A stretch of DNA of 34,752 nt from Candidatus Methylomirabilia bacterium (GTDB lineage: Bacteria; Methylomirabilota; Methylomirabilia; Rokubacteriales; CSP1-6). The position numbers and the translations under genes were made by a program. The stretch lies in the NCBI GenBank assembly GCA_041497895.1, contig JBGQHJ010000035.1:1-34752 (forward strand). Direction: 5' to 3'. The notes beneath the pieces were generated by a model. It was not told where the DNA came from, searched no databases, and saw only the letters and a list, made by a program, of their open reading frames with translations. How positions within the stretch are numbered: position 1 is the first letter of the stretch; each line of letters begins with the position of its first letter. Below are positions 1 to 7,553 of this stretch, one piece after another.

Positions 1-788
1 ACTGGCTCGGGGGCGGGCTCGTCCCGGAGCGGTCGACGCTCTTCATCCAGTGGGTGGTGCCGGAGCACGCGGAGCTGCAGCTGCTCTTCTCGTTGGCCAC
101 CCCGGTGGCCTGGCTCGAGCGGGTCCCGACCTACAAGGAGATGGTGGAGCAGCTCGGCATCGAGTCGCCGTCCTACGGCCTGCTCGGTTACCCGCTACTT
201 CAGTCGGCCGACATCCTGATGTACAAGGCGCAGTGGGTCCCGGTCGGCGCCGACCAGGTGCCGCACATCGAGCTCACCCGCGAGGTCGCGCGCCGATTCA
301 ACAACACCTGGAAGGCGGTGTTCCCGGAGCCGCAGGCCAAGCTCACCCAGATCCCCAAGGTGCCGGGCACGGACGGGCGGAAGATGTCGAAGTCCTACGG
401 CAATGCCATCTACCTGTCCGACACCTCCGAGGAGATCACGGCCAAGATCAAGCCGATGGTCACGGACCCCGCGCGCAAGCGGCGCACCGACCCCGGCAAC
501 CCGGACGTCTGCCCGGTGTTCGACCTGCATCGCATCTTCACCCCGGAGGCACCGCGCGAGGAGTGCGCGACCGGCTGTCGCACCGCCGCGATCGGCTGCC
601 TCGACTGCAAGGGGGTGCTGCTCCAGCACATGCTGCCGCCGCTGGCCCGGATCCGGGAGCGGCGTGAGCGCTACATGGAGAAGCCCGCCCAGATCGTGGA
701 GATCCTCCACGAGGGCACCAAGCGGGCCCGCCGGGTCGCGGTCGACACCATGACCGAGGTCCGCGACGCCCTCAAGCTCGAGCCATGA
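1..788 (+). CDS. trpS: Tryptophanyl-tRNA synthetase (5' end outside window)
   Basis: Frame open from the window start (ORF track starts at 54). Motifs YPLLQSADIL, VPVGADQVPH and the class I KMSKS signature; C-terminal Cys cluster. Confidence 0.95.
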   Translation, partial: WLGGGLVPERSTLFIQWVVPEHAELQLLFSLATPVAWLERVPTYKEMVEQLGIESPSYGLLGYPLLQSADILMYKAQWVPVGADQVPHIELTREVARRFNNTWKAVFPEPQAKLTQIPKVPGTDGRKMSKSYGNAIYLSDTSEEITAKIKPMVTDPARKRRTDPGNPDVCPVFDLHRIFTPEAPREECATGCRTAAIGCLDCKGVLLQHMLPPLARIRERRERYMEKPAQIVEILHEGTKRARRVAVDTMTEVRDALKLEP

Positions 789-1732
789 GCGAGCAAGACA
801 CGACTACTCAAGCTACCGCTCCGGACTCCACCGGCCTGACCGTGCGCGTCGAGTCGTTCGTGGGGCCGCTCGATCTGCTGCTCCATCTCTGCCGCACCAA
901 CGAGATGGATCTCTCGCGCCTGTCGCTGCGCACGATCACCGACCAGTACCTGTCCCACCTGGAGGCGGTGCGGTTCCAGGATCTCGAGATGGCCGGCTCG
1001 TTCATGGTCATGGCCGCGACCCTGATCTACCTCAAGTCGAAGCTCCTGCTGCCGGCCAACCCCGACGACCAGGAGGAGGCCCTCGACGAGGAAGGGGAGC
1101 TGCTCAAGCGCGAGCTGGAGGAGCGCCTGCGCGAGTACGCGCGGGTGAAGGCCCTCGGCACCTGGCTCGCCGAGCGCGAGGCCGAGCAGACCCTGGTCTA
1201 CGGGCGCACCACCGCGGAGCTGCCGCCCCCGGAGGACGTCCCGCTCGAGGACCTCTCGGTGCACCTGCTGCAGCGCGCGATGCAGCGGCTGATCGAGGAC
1301 CAGAAGCGCCGGGTGCCGCGGCAGATCGAGCCCAACCCGCTCTCGGTGCTGGAGCGCATGAGCGAGATCCTCGACCTGCTCCGCAGCACGTGGTCGCTGC
1401 TCTTCTCCTCGGTGGCGGGCGGCGAGCGGCTGCGCGCGGAGTGGGTGGTCACCCTCCTGGCCCTGCTCGAGCTGGTGCGCCTGGGCCAGGCGCGGGCCCG
1501 CCAGGCCGACCTGTTCGGCGAGATCGTGATCGAGCGCAACGCGGTCAGCGTGCGCGAGCCGGCACGACTGGCCGACGCCGAAGAAGAGACGCGGCCCGAC
1601 GCGAGCGGGGAAGCGCTCGCCGTCGAAGGCCCGCGCGACTCGATGCCGGAGGAGGAAGCGCCGCGCGCGGCCGCGACGCCCCCACTGGACGACGAACCCC
1701 GAACCGAACTGGGGGAGCCCCTGAATGCCTGA
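785..1732 (+). CDS. scpA: Segregation and condensation protein A (kleisin)
   Basis: F.GPLDLLL.L motif, A.L..LKSKLLLP, TLLALLEL near the C-terminus. ATGA overlap with trpS; lies upstream of scpB. Confidence 0.93.
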   Translation: MSEQDTTTQATAPDSTGLTVRVESFVGPLDLLLHLCRTNEMDLSRLSLRTITDQYLSHLEAVRFQDLEMAGSFMVMAATLIYLKSKLLLPANPDDQEEALDEEGELLKRELEERLREYARVKALGTWLAEREAEQTLVYGRTTAELPPPEDVPLEDLSVHLLQRAMQRLIEDQKRRVPRQIEPNPLSVLERMSEILDLLRSTWSLLFSSVAGGERLRAEWVVTLLALLELVRLGQARARQADLFGEIVIERNAVSVREPARLADAEEETRPDASGEALAVEGPRDSMPEEEAPRAAATPPLDDEPRTELGEPLNA

Positions 1733-2372
1733 GCCCATCGACGTCGTCGAAGCCCTGCTCTTCGCCTCCGACACCCCGGTGGAGGCCGAGCGCATCCAGG
1801 AAGTGCTCGATCTCGAGTCGGCCGCCGCGGCCCGCGAGATCGTGGAGGGCCTGCGCGCCCGGCTCGACGCGGAGGGCCGCGCGCTGCAGGTGATGGAGGT
1901 GGGCGGCGGCTTCCGTCTGGTGACGCGGCCGGAGGTCGCGCCGTGGCTGGTCAAGCTCGCGCGCAGCCGCACCCGCTCGCGCCTGTCGCGCCCGGCGCTC
2001 GAGACGCTCGCCATCATCGGCTACCGCCAGCCGGTGTCCCGCCCCGAGGTCGACGCGGTGCGCGGGGTGAACTCGGAGGCGGTGCTCGACAACCTGCTCG
2101 AGCGCCGGATGATCCGCATCGCCGGCCGCAAGGAATCGCCCGGGCGGCCGTTCCTCTACGAGACCACCCGCGAGTTCCTGGTGGCCTTCGGCCTGCGCGA
2201 CCTCGGCGATCTGCCGAAGGTGGAAGGCGAGCTGATCGTGCCCGAGCTCGCGGAGGCCGCCGCCGCGCAGCTCGCGGACCCCGGGCCCGAGCAGGAGGAG
2301 ATCGCCGCTGCCCCCGATTCGTCTGAGCAAGATCCTGGCCCAGGCGGGGATCGCGTCTCGACGAGCGGCTGA
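1725..2372 (+). CDS. scpB: SMC-Scp complex subunit ScpB
   Basis: VEALLFAS, LSRPALETLAIIGYRQPVSR, GRPFLYETT..FL..FGL motifs. Confidence 0.95.
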   Translation: MPEPIDVVEALLFASDTPVEAERIQEVLDLESAAAAREIVEGLRARLDAEGRALQVMEVGGGFRLVTRPEVAPWLVKLARSRTRSRLSRPALETLAIIGYRQPVSRPEVDAVRGVNSEAVLDNLLERRMIRIAGRKESPGRPFLYETTREFLVAFGLRDLGDLPKVEGELIVPELAEAAAAQLADPGPEQEEIAAAPDSSEQDPGPGGDRVSTSG

Positions 2373-3036
2373 GTCGCTGCTCGCGGAGGGGCGCGTCGCC
2401 GTCAACGGGCGGGTCCGGCTCGAGCCGGGCGCCCAGGCGGATCCCGAGACCGACCACATCACGCTCGACGGCCGCGCGCTGCCCGCCCGCGCCCCGCTGC
2501 AGCACGTGCTCCTGCACAAGCCGCGCGGCTACGTCACGAGCCGGCGCGATCCGGACGGGCGGCCGGTCGTGCTCGATCTCCTGCCGCCCGCCGCGGCCGC
2601 GGTGGTCTACCCGGTGGGGCGGCTCGACTTCGACGCGGAGGGACTGCTGCTGCTCACCAACGACGGCGAGCTCGCCAACCGGCTCCTGCACCCGCGCTAC
2701 GAGATCCCGCGCGTCTACGAGGTGGAGGTCGAGGGCCACGTGGGCGAGGCGGACCTGCCGCGATGGCGCCGCGGCGTGACCCTGGACGACGGTCCCGCGG
2801 TGCCCCGGGCGGTGACACGCCTCGCCGCGCGCGCGGACACCAGCCGGCTGCGCGTGACCTTCGCGGAAGGGCGCTACCGCGAGGTGAAGCGCTACTGCAA
2901 GGCGCTCGGTCATCCGGTGCGCCGCCTCCGACGTGTGCAGTTCGGTCCGCTCCGGCTGGGTGATCTGGCCCCGGGCGCCCACCGCGCGCTGACCCGGGCC
3001 GAGCTCGTGGCGTTGAATGACTTGCGTGGGGGGTAG
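2308..3036 (+). CDS. rluB: rRNA pseudouridine synthase, RsuA/RluB family, with N-terminal S4 domain; probable CTG start
   Basis: HKPRGYVTS and VGRLDFDAEGLLLLTNDG motifs. The frame extends upstream of the tracked GTG (2506) through an S4 domain (IRLSKILAQAGIASRRAAESLLAEGRVAVNG). AGGAGGAG lies 7 nt before CTG at 2308. Start inferred. Confidence 0.88.
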   Translation: MPPIRLSKILAQAGIASRRAAESLLAEGRVAVNGRVRLEPGAQADPETDHITLDGRALPARAPLQHVLLHKPRGYVTSRRDPDGRPVVLDLLPPAAAAVVYPVGRLDFDAEGLLLLTNDGELANRLLHPRYEIPRVYEVEVEGHVGEADLPRWRRGVTLDDGPAVPRAVTRLAARADTSRLRVTFAEGRYREVKRYCKALGHPVRRLRRVQFGPLRLGDLAPGAHRALTRAELVALNDLRGG

Positions 3037-3050
3037 CTTTCTCCTATACT
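3022..3050 (+). promoter_or_regulatory. Sigma70-type promoter for the pheA operon
   Basis: TTGCGT (3022-3027), 17-bp spacer, TATACT (3045-3050). Confidence 0.7.
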
Positions 3051-3089
3051 GCACCGGGTTACGTGACCGATGTGCTTCAGGAGCCCCCG

Positions 3090-4151
3090 ATGAACCTGGA
3101 CGATTGGCGATCCAGGATCAATAACCTCGACGACGAAATCCTCAAACTCCTCAACCAGCGCGGTACCGCCGCCCTCCGGATCGGCGAGCTCAAGAGGCAG
3201 CAGGATCTCCCGTACTTCATCCCCGAGCGCGAGGCCCAGGTCCTCGAGCGTCTGGTCGCCCGGAATCCGGGCCCCCTGGGCCCCGACGCCATCCGGGTGA
3301 TCTGGCGCGAGATCCTCTCCGCCTCGCTCGCCCTCGAGCATCCGCTGCCGGTCGCCTATCTCGGTCCGCCCGGCACCTTCACCCACCAGGCGGCCACGCG
3401 TCGCTTCGGCTCCTCCGCGCAGCTCCTGCCGGTACACACCATCGCCGAGATCTTCGACGAGGTGGAGCGCAACCGCGCCGAGTTCGGGGTCGTGCCGGTG
3501 GAGAACTCCACCGAGGGTGCGGTCAACGTGACCCTCGACCGCCTCATCGACTCCGACGTGACGATCACCGGCGAGATGACCCTCGACATCTCGCAGCACC
3601 TGATCTCGCGCGCCACCGAGCTCGCGGCGGTGAAGATGGTCTGCTCGCACCCGCAGGGCCTCGCCCAGTGCCGGGCCTGGCTCGCCGCGCACCTGCCGGA
3701 GGCGGCGATGGAGGAGACCGCGTCGACCTCGGGCGCGGTGGAGCGGGCGCGCGACGACGCCACGGTGGCCGCCATCGCCTCCGACATGGCCGCTGCCGTG
3801 CACGGGGTGCCCATCCTGCGACCTCGGATCGAGGACAATCCGTCCAACTCGACGCGCTTCCTCGTCATCGGGCGGAGGGCGGTGCCGCCCACCGGACGGG
3901 ACAAGACGTCGATCCTCTTCTCGATGAAGAACGAGCCCGGGGTGCTCTACAGCATCCTCCAGCCCTTCGCCACGCGCGGGCTGAACCTGACCAAGATCGA
4001 ATCGCGCCCCACCAAGCGTCGCCCCTGGGAGTACGTGAACTTCCTCGACTTCGAGGGTCACTGCGAGACCGAAAATGTCCGGGATGTGCTGGCCGAGGTC
4101 AGGGAGCGTTGTCAGTTCCTGAAGATCCTCGGCTCCTACCCGGCGGTGTGA
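3090..4151 (+). CDS. pheA: Bifunctional chorismate mutase / prephenate dehydratase (P-protein)
   Basis: N-terminal CM domain (LDDWRSRINNLDDEILKLLNQR), VAYLGPPGTFT, VPVENSTEG, NSTRF, ACT domain NLTKIESRP. ATG 3090 has an AGGAG SD; alternative GTG at 3063. Confidence 0.95.
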   Translation: MNLDDWRSRINNLDDEILKLLNQRGTAALRIGELKRQQDLPYFIPEREAQVLERLVARNPGPLGPDAIRVIWREILSASLALEHPLPVAYLGPPGTFTHQAATRRFGSSAQLLPVHTIAEIFDEVERNRAEFGVVPVENSTEGAVNVTLDRLIDSDVTITGEMTLDISQHLISRATELAAVKMVCSHPQGLAQCRAWLAAHLPEAAMEETASTSGAVERARDDATVAAIASDMAAAVHGVPILRPRIEDNPSNSTRFLVIGRRAVPPTGRDKTSILFSMKNEPGVLYSILQPFATRGLNLTKIESRPTKRRPWEYVNFLDFEGHCETENVRDVLAEVRERCQFLKILGSYPAV

Positions 4152-4162
4152 AGGAGCAACGA

Positions 4163-5278
4163 ATGAGTGTGTCCTGGGAAGCCCTCGCCAACGACCACAT
4201 CCTGGGCATCGCGCCCTACGAGCCCGGCAAGCCCATCGAGGAGCTCGAGCGCGAGCTCGGCATCAGCGACGTCATCAAGCTCGCCTCCAACGAGAACCCG
4301 CTGGCCCCGTCGGACCGGGTCATGAAGGCGATGCAGACCGCGCTCACCCACATCAACCGCTACCCGGACGGCAGCGGCCACTACCTCCGCCAGGCCATCG
4401 CCCGGCGACACGGCCTCACCAGCGACCACATCATCCTCGGCAACGGCTCCAACGACCTGATCGAGCTGACGGTGCGGGCGTTCCTGCGCTCGGGCGAGGA
4501 GGCGGTCATCCCGCATCCCTCCTTCGTGGTCTACCCGATGATCGTGCAGGCGGTGGGCGGGATCCGGGTGGTGGTGACCCTCAAGGACCAGCGCCTCGAC
4601 CTCGAGGCGATGGCCCGCGCGATCACCCCGATGACCAAGATGGTGTTCATCGCGAACCCCAACAATCCCACCGCGACCATCGTCACCGCGGACGAGGTCG
4701 AGCACTTCATGGCCCGCGTCCCCGACAAGGTCATCGTGGTCTTCGACGAGGCCTACATCGAGTTCGCCCAGGGGCCCGACTTCCCGGACGCGCTCGCCTA
4801 TCTCAAGCAGGGGCGGAAGGTCGCGGTGCTCCGCACCTTCTCGAAGGCGGCGAGCCTGGCCGGCCTGCGGGTGGGCTACGCGGCCGCCGATCCCGACTGC
4901 ATCGCGCTGCTCAACCGCATCCGCCAGCCCTTCAACGTCAACTCGGTGGCCCAGGCCGCCGCGCTCGCCGCGCTCGAGGACGACTCCCACGTGCGGGAGT
5001 GCCTCAGCATGATCGACGCGGGCCGCCACTTCCTGGTCCAGGAGTTCACCGCGATGGGCCTCAAGTACGCCCCCTCGCGCGCCAACTTCATCCTGGTCGA
5101 CGTGGGACGGAGCGCGAGCGAGGTCTTCCACTGGCTCCTCAAGGAAGGCGTGATCGTGCGCCCCATGACGAGCTTCGGGATGGAGAGCGCCCTGCGCGTG
5201 ACCATCGGCACGCCGGAGGAGAACCGCCGGTTCGTGAAGGCGCTCAAGAAGGTCCTGGCCGGAGCCAAGGGCGCGTGA
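4163..5278 (+). CDS. hisC: Histidinol-phosphate / aromatic aminotransferase
   Basis: YEPGKPIEEL, KLASNENP, NPNNPT, DEAY, RTFSKA..LAGLRVGY. SD AAGGAG at 4151-4156. Confidence 0.93.
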   Translation: MSVSWEALANDHILGIAPYEPGKPIEELERELGISDVIKLASNENPLAPSDRVMKAMQTALTHINRYPDGSGHYLRQAIARRHGLTSDHIILGNGSNDLIELTVRAFLRSGEEAVIPHPSFVVYPMIVQAVGGIRVVVTLKDQRLDLEAMARAITPMTKMVFIANPNNPTATIVTADEVEHFMARVPDKVIVVFDEAYIEFAQGPDFPDALAYLKQGRKVAVLRTFSKAASLAGLRVGYAAADPDCIALLNRIRQPFNVNSVAQAAALAALEDDSHVRECLSMIDAGRHFLVQEFTAMGLKYAPSRANFILVDVGRSASEVFHWLLKEGVIVRPMTSFGMESALRVTIGTPEENRRFVKALKKVLAGAKGA

Positions 5279-6123
5279 TCCGTCGCCTCAGTCTGGTCGG
5301 TCTCGGTCTCCTGGGCGGGTCGGTCGCGAAGGCCGCGCGCGCCCTGGGCCTGGCCGACGAGATCGTGGCGGTGGGCCGCGACCGCGCGCGGCTCGAGCCG
5401 GCCCGCCTCGACGGGGTCGTGGACCGCGTGACCACCGATCTGCGCGAGGGCGTGGCCGGCGCCGACTTCTGCCTGCTCGCGACCCCGGTCGCCACCCTTG
5501 CCGCGCTCCTGCCCGAGGTCTGGCGGGCGCTGCCCTCGGACGCGGTGCTGACCGACGTGGGGAGCACCAAGGCCGCCATCGTGCGCGTGGCCGAGCGCCT
5601 CGGGGGCGAGCGGCCGCTCGCCTTCGTCGGCAGCCATCCCATGGCGGGCTCGGAGCAGGCGGGCTACCGCGTGTCGCGCCCGGATCTCTTCCGGGGCGCG
5701 ACCGTGATCATCACCCCCACCGAGCGGACCGATTCCCACGCGGTCAAGCAGGTGGGCGAGTTCTGGGAGGCGCTGGGTGGCCGCCTGGTGACCCTCGACC
5801 CGGTGACCCACGACCGGGCCACGGCGGCCATCAGCCACCTGCCGCACCTGGTCGCCGACGCCCTGGTGGACGCGGTGGTGAGGATGGACCCGCGCTTCTT
5901 CGAGGTGGCCGGGCGCGGCTTCAAGGACACCACGCGCATCGCGGCCTCGGACGCGCGCATGTGGCGCGAGATCTTCCAGGAGAACCGCGCCGGCCTCACC
6001 GAGGCTCTGGCCGCCTTCCGCGGCGCGCTCGAGGAGCTGGAGCGCCTCGTCGCGACCGGGGACGACGCCGCCATCGAGGCCGCGCTCGACCGGATCCGGC
6101 GCATCCGCGAGGGGGTGGCTTGA
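5275..6123 (+). CDS. tyrA: Prephenate/arogenate dehydrogenase
   Basis: GLGLLGGS Rossmann motif, DVGSTK, HPMAGSE, SHLPH, GFKDTTRIA. GTGA overlap with the hisC stop. Confidence 0.93.
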   Translation: MIRRLSLVGLGLLGGSVAKAARALGLADEIVAVGRDRARLEPARLDGVVDRVTTDLREGVAGADFCLLATPVATLAALLPEVWRALPSDAVLTDVGSTKAAIVRVAERLGGERPLAFVGSHPMAGSEQAGYRVSRPDLFRGATVIITPTERTDSHAVKQVGEFWEALGGRLVTLDPVTHDRATAAISHLPHLVADALVDAVVRMDPRFFEVAGRGFKDTTRIAASDARMWREIFQENRAGLTEALAAFRGALEELERLVATGDDAAIEAALDRIRRIREGVA

Positions 6124-6158
6124 TCCTCCGCGTCATCCCCGCGCCGGCGGCCTCGTGA
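6120..6158 (+). pseudogene. 12-codon mini-ORF (MILRVIPAPAAS) at the usual aroA position; probable aroA deletion remnant
   Basis: TTG start overlaps the tyrA stop (TTGA) and its TGA overlaps the cmk GTG start (GTGA). Sits in the tyrA-aroA-cmk slot. Identity as aroA is inferred. Confidence 0.55.
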
Positions 6159-6844
6159 AGGCGGGCGGGGGACGGCGGGATATCGTGATCACCATCGACG
6201 GGCCGGCGGGCGCCGGCAAGTCCACCGTCGCGGCCGCGCTCGCGCGGCGGCTGGGCTTCACGCTGATCGATACCGGCGCGCTCTACCGGGGCCTCGCGTG
6301 GGCCGCGCGGGAGGCCGGGGTGCCCATCGAGGACGGCCCCGCGCTGCGCGCCCTGCTCGACCGGACGAGCGTGCGGCTCGACGGCGGGCGCGTGCTGGTC
6401 GACGGGCGCGACGTGACCGTCGAGATCCGCACCCCGGCCATCAGCCAGCTCACGTCGCGGTTGACGATGCTGGCCCCGGTGAGAGATAAGATGACGCCCA
6501 CCCAGCGGAGCCTGGCCGCCCCCGGCGGCGCCGTCCTCGAAGGACGCGACACCGGCAGCGTGGTATGGCCGGACGCCGAGGTGAAGTTCTACCTCGACGC
6601 CGATCTCGACACCCGGGCCCGGCGGCGGCGCGACGACCTGGTCGCGCGCGGGCTCGACGGGGATCTGGACTCGGTGCGGGAAGACATCGCACGACGCGAT
6701 CGGCAGGACATGGAGCGGACGCTGGCGCCGCTGGTGAAGCCGGAGGGGGCGGTGGTGGTGGACACCACCGGCCTCGGCGTCGCGGAGGTGGTGGATACGC
6801 TGCTGCGCGTGGTGGAGCAGGCGAGATGCTGTACGCGATCCTGA
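6155..6844 (+). CDS. cmk: Cytidylate kinase
   Basis: ITIDGPAGAGKST P-loop, DTGALYR, LEGRDTGSVV.PDAEVKFYLDA. Confidence 0.95.
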   Translation: MKAGGGRRDIVITIDGPAGAGKSTVAAALARRLGFTLIDTGALYRGLAWAAREAGVPIEDGPALRALLDRTSVRLDGGRVLVDGRDVTVEIRTPAISQLTSRLTMLAPVRDKMTPTQRSLAAPGGAVLEGRDTGSVVWPDAEVKFYLDADLDTRARRRRDDLVARGLDGDLDSVREDIARRDRQDMERTLAPLVKPEGAVVVDTTGLGVAEVVDTLLRVVEQARCCTRS

Positions 6845-7482
6845 AGCCGATCGCGGTGGCGCTGATGCGCCTGCTCTTCCGGCTCGAGATCGTGAGCCCG
6901 GAGCTGGTGCCCGCCACCGGCCCGGTGCTGATCGTCTCCAACCACGTGAGCGTGCTCGATCCGCCGCTGGTGGGCGGCGCCGCCCCGCGCCCGCTCTACT
7001 TCATGGCCAAGGAGGAGCTGTTCCGCATCCCGCTCTTCGGTCGCCTGATCCGGGGCCTGAACGCCCGGCCGGTGCGCCGCGACGGCTCCGACATGCGGGC
7101 GCTGAAGGCGGCCCTGGCCCATCTCGAGGAGGGGCACGCGCTGCTGGTGTTCCCCGAGGGCACCCGGGGCGAAGAGGGGCAGCCCCTGCGCGAGGGCAAG
7201 CCCGGGGTCGGGATGCTCGCGGTGCTGAGCGGCGCGCCGGTGGTGCCGGTGTACGTGTCGGGGAGCGGAGCGGCCCTGCCGCGGGGTCGGGCGCTGCCGC
7301 GGCCCGGCCGGGTGCGGGTGACCTTCGGGCCGCCCCTGACCTTCAAGCGGGAGCGCCGGAGCGAGGGGCCCCGCGAGGGCAAGAGAGCGGGTGACGACGG
7401 ACGCAAGGAGGCGTATCGTGAAGCGGCCCAGGAGATGATGCGAGCGATCGGGCAGCTCCGGGATCGGCAGTCGAAGTCCTGA
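6826..7482 (+). CDS. plsC: 1-acyl-sn-glycerol-3-phosphate acyltransferase
   Basis: NHVSVLD (HxxxxD), FMAKEELF, VFPEGTR. ATG 6826 overlaps the cmk end. Confidence 0.9.
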   Translation: MLYAILKPIAVALMRLLFRLEIVSPELVPATGPVLIVSNHVSVLDPPLVGGAAPRPLYFMAKEELFRIPLFGRLIRGLNARPVRRDGSDMRALKAALAHLEEGHALLVFPEGTRGEEGQPLREGKPGVGMLAVLSGAPVVPVYVSGSGAALPRGRALPRPGRVRVTFGPPLTFKRERRSEGPREGKRAGDDGRKEAYREAAQEMMRAIGQLRDRQSKS

Positions 7483-7553
7483 AGCACGGCTGGGATGCCG
7501 GCCGCGGCAAGAGCGCGCGGCCGACAAAATAGATTCTAAGGAGAGGTGGAGTC

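Noticed and set aside
3..56. Atypical residues at the trpS window edge (WLGGGLVPE..FIQWV versus the usual WLAAGLDPE..FIQS)
   Set aside because: At the extreme edge of the window, where low-quality sequence cannot be excluded.
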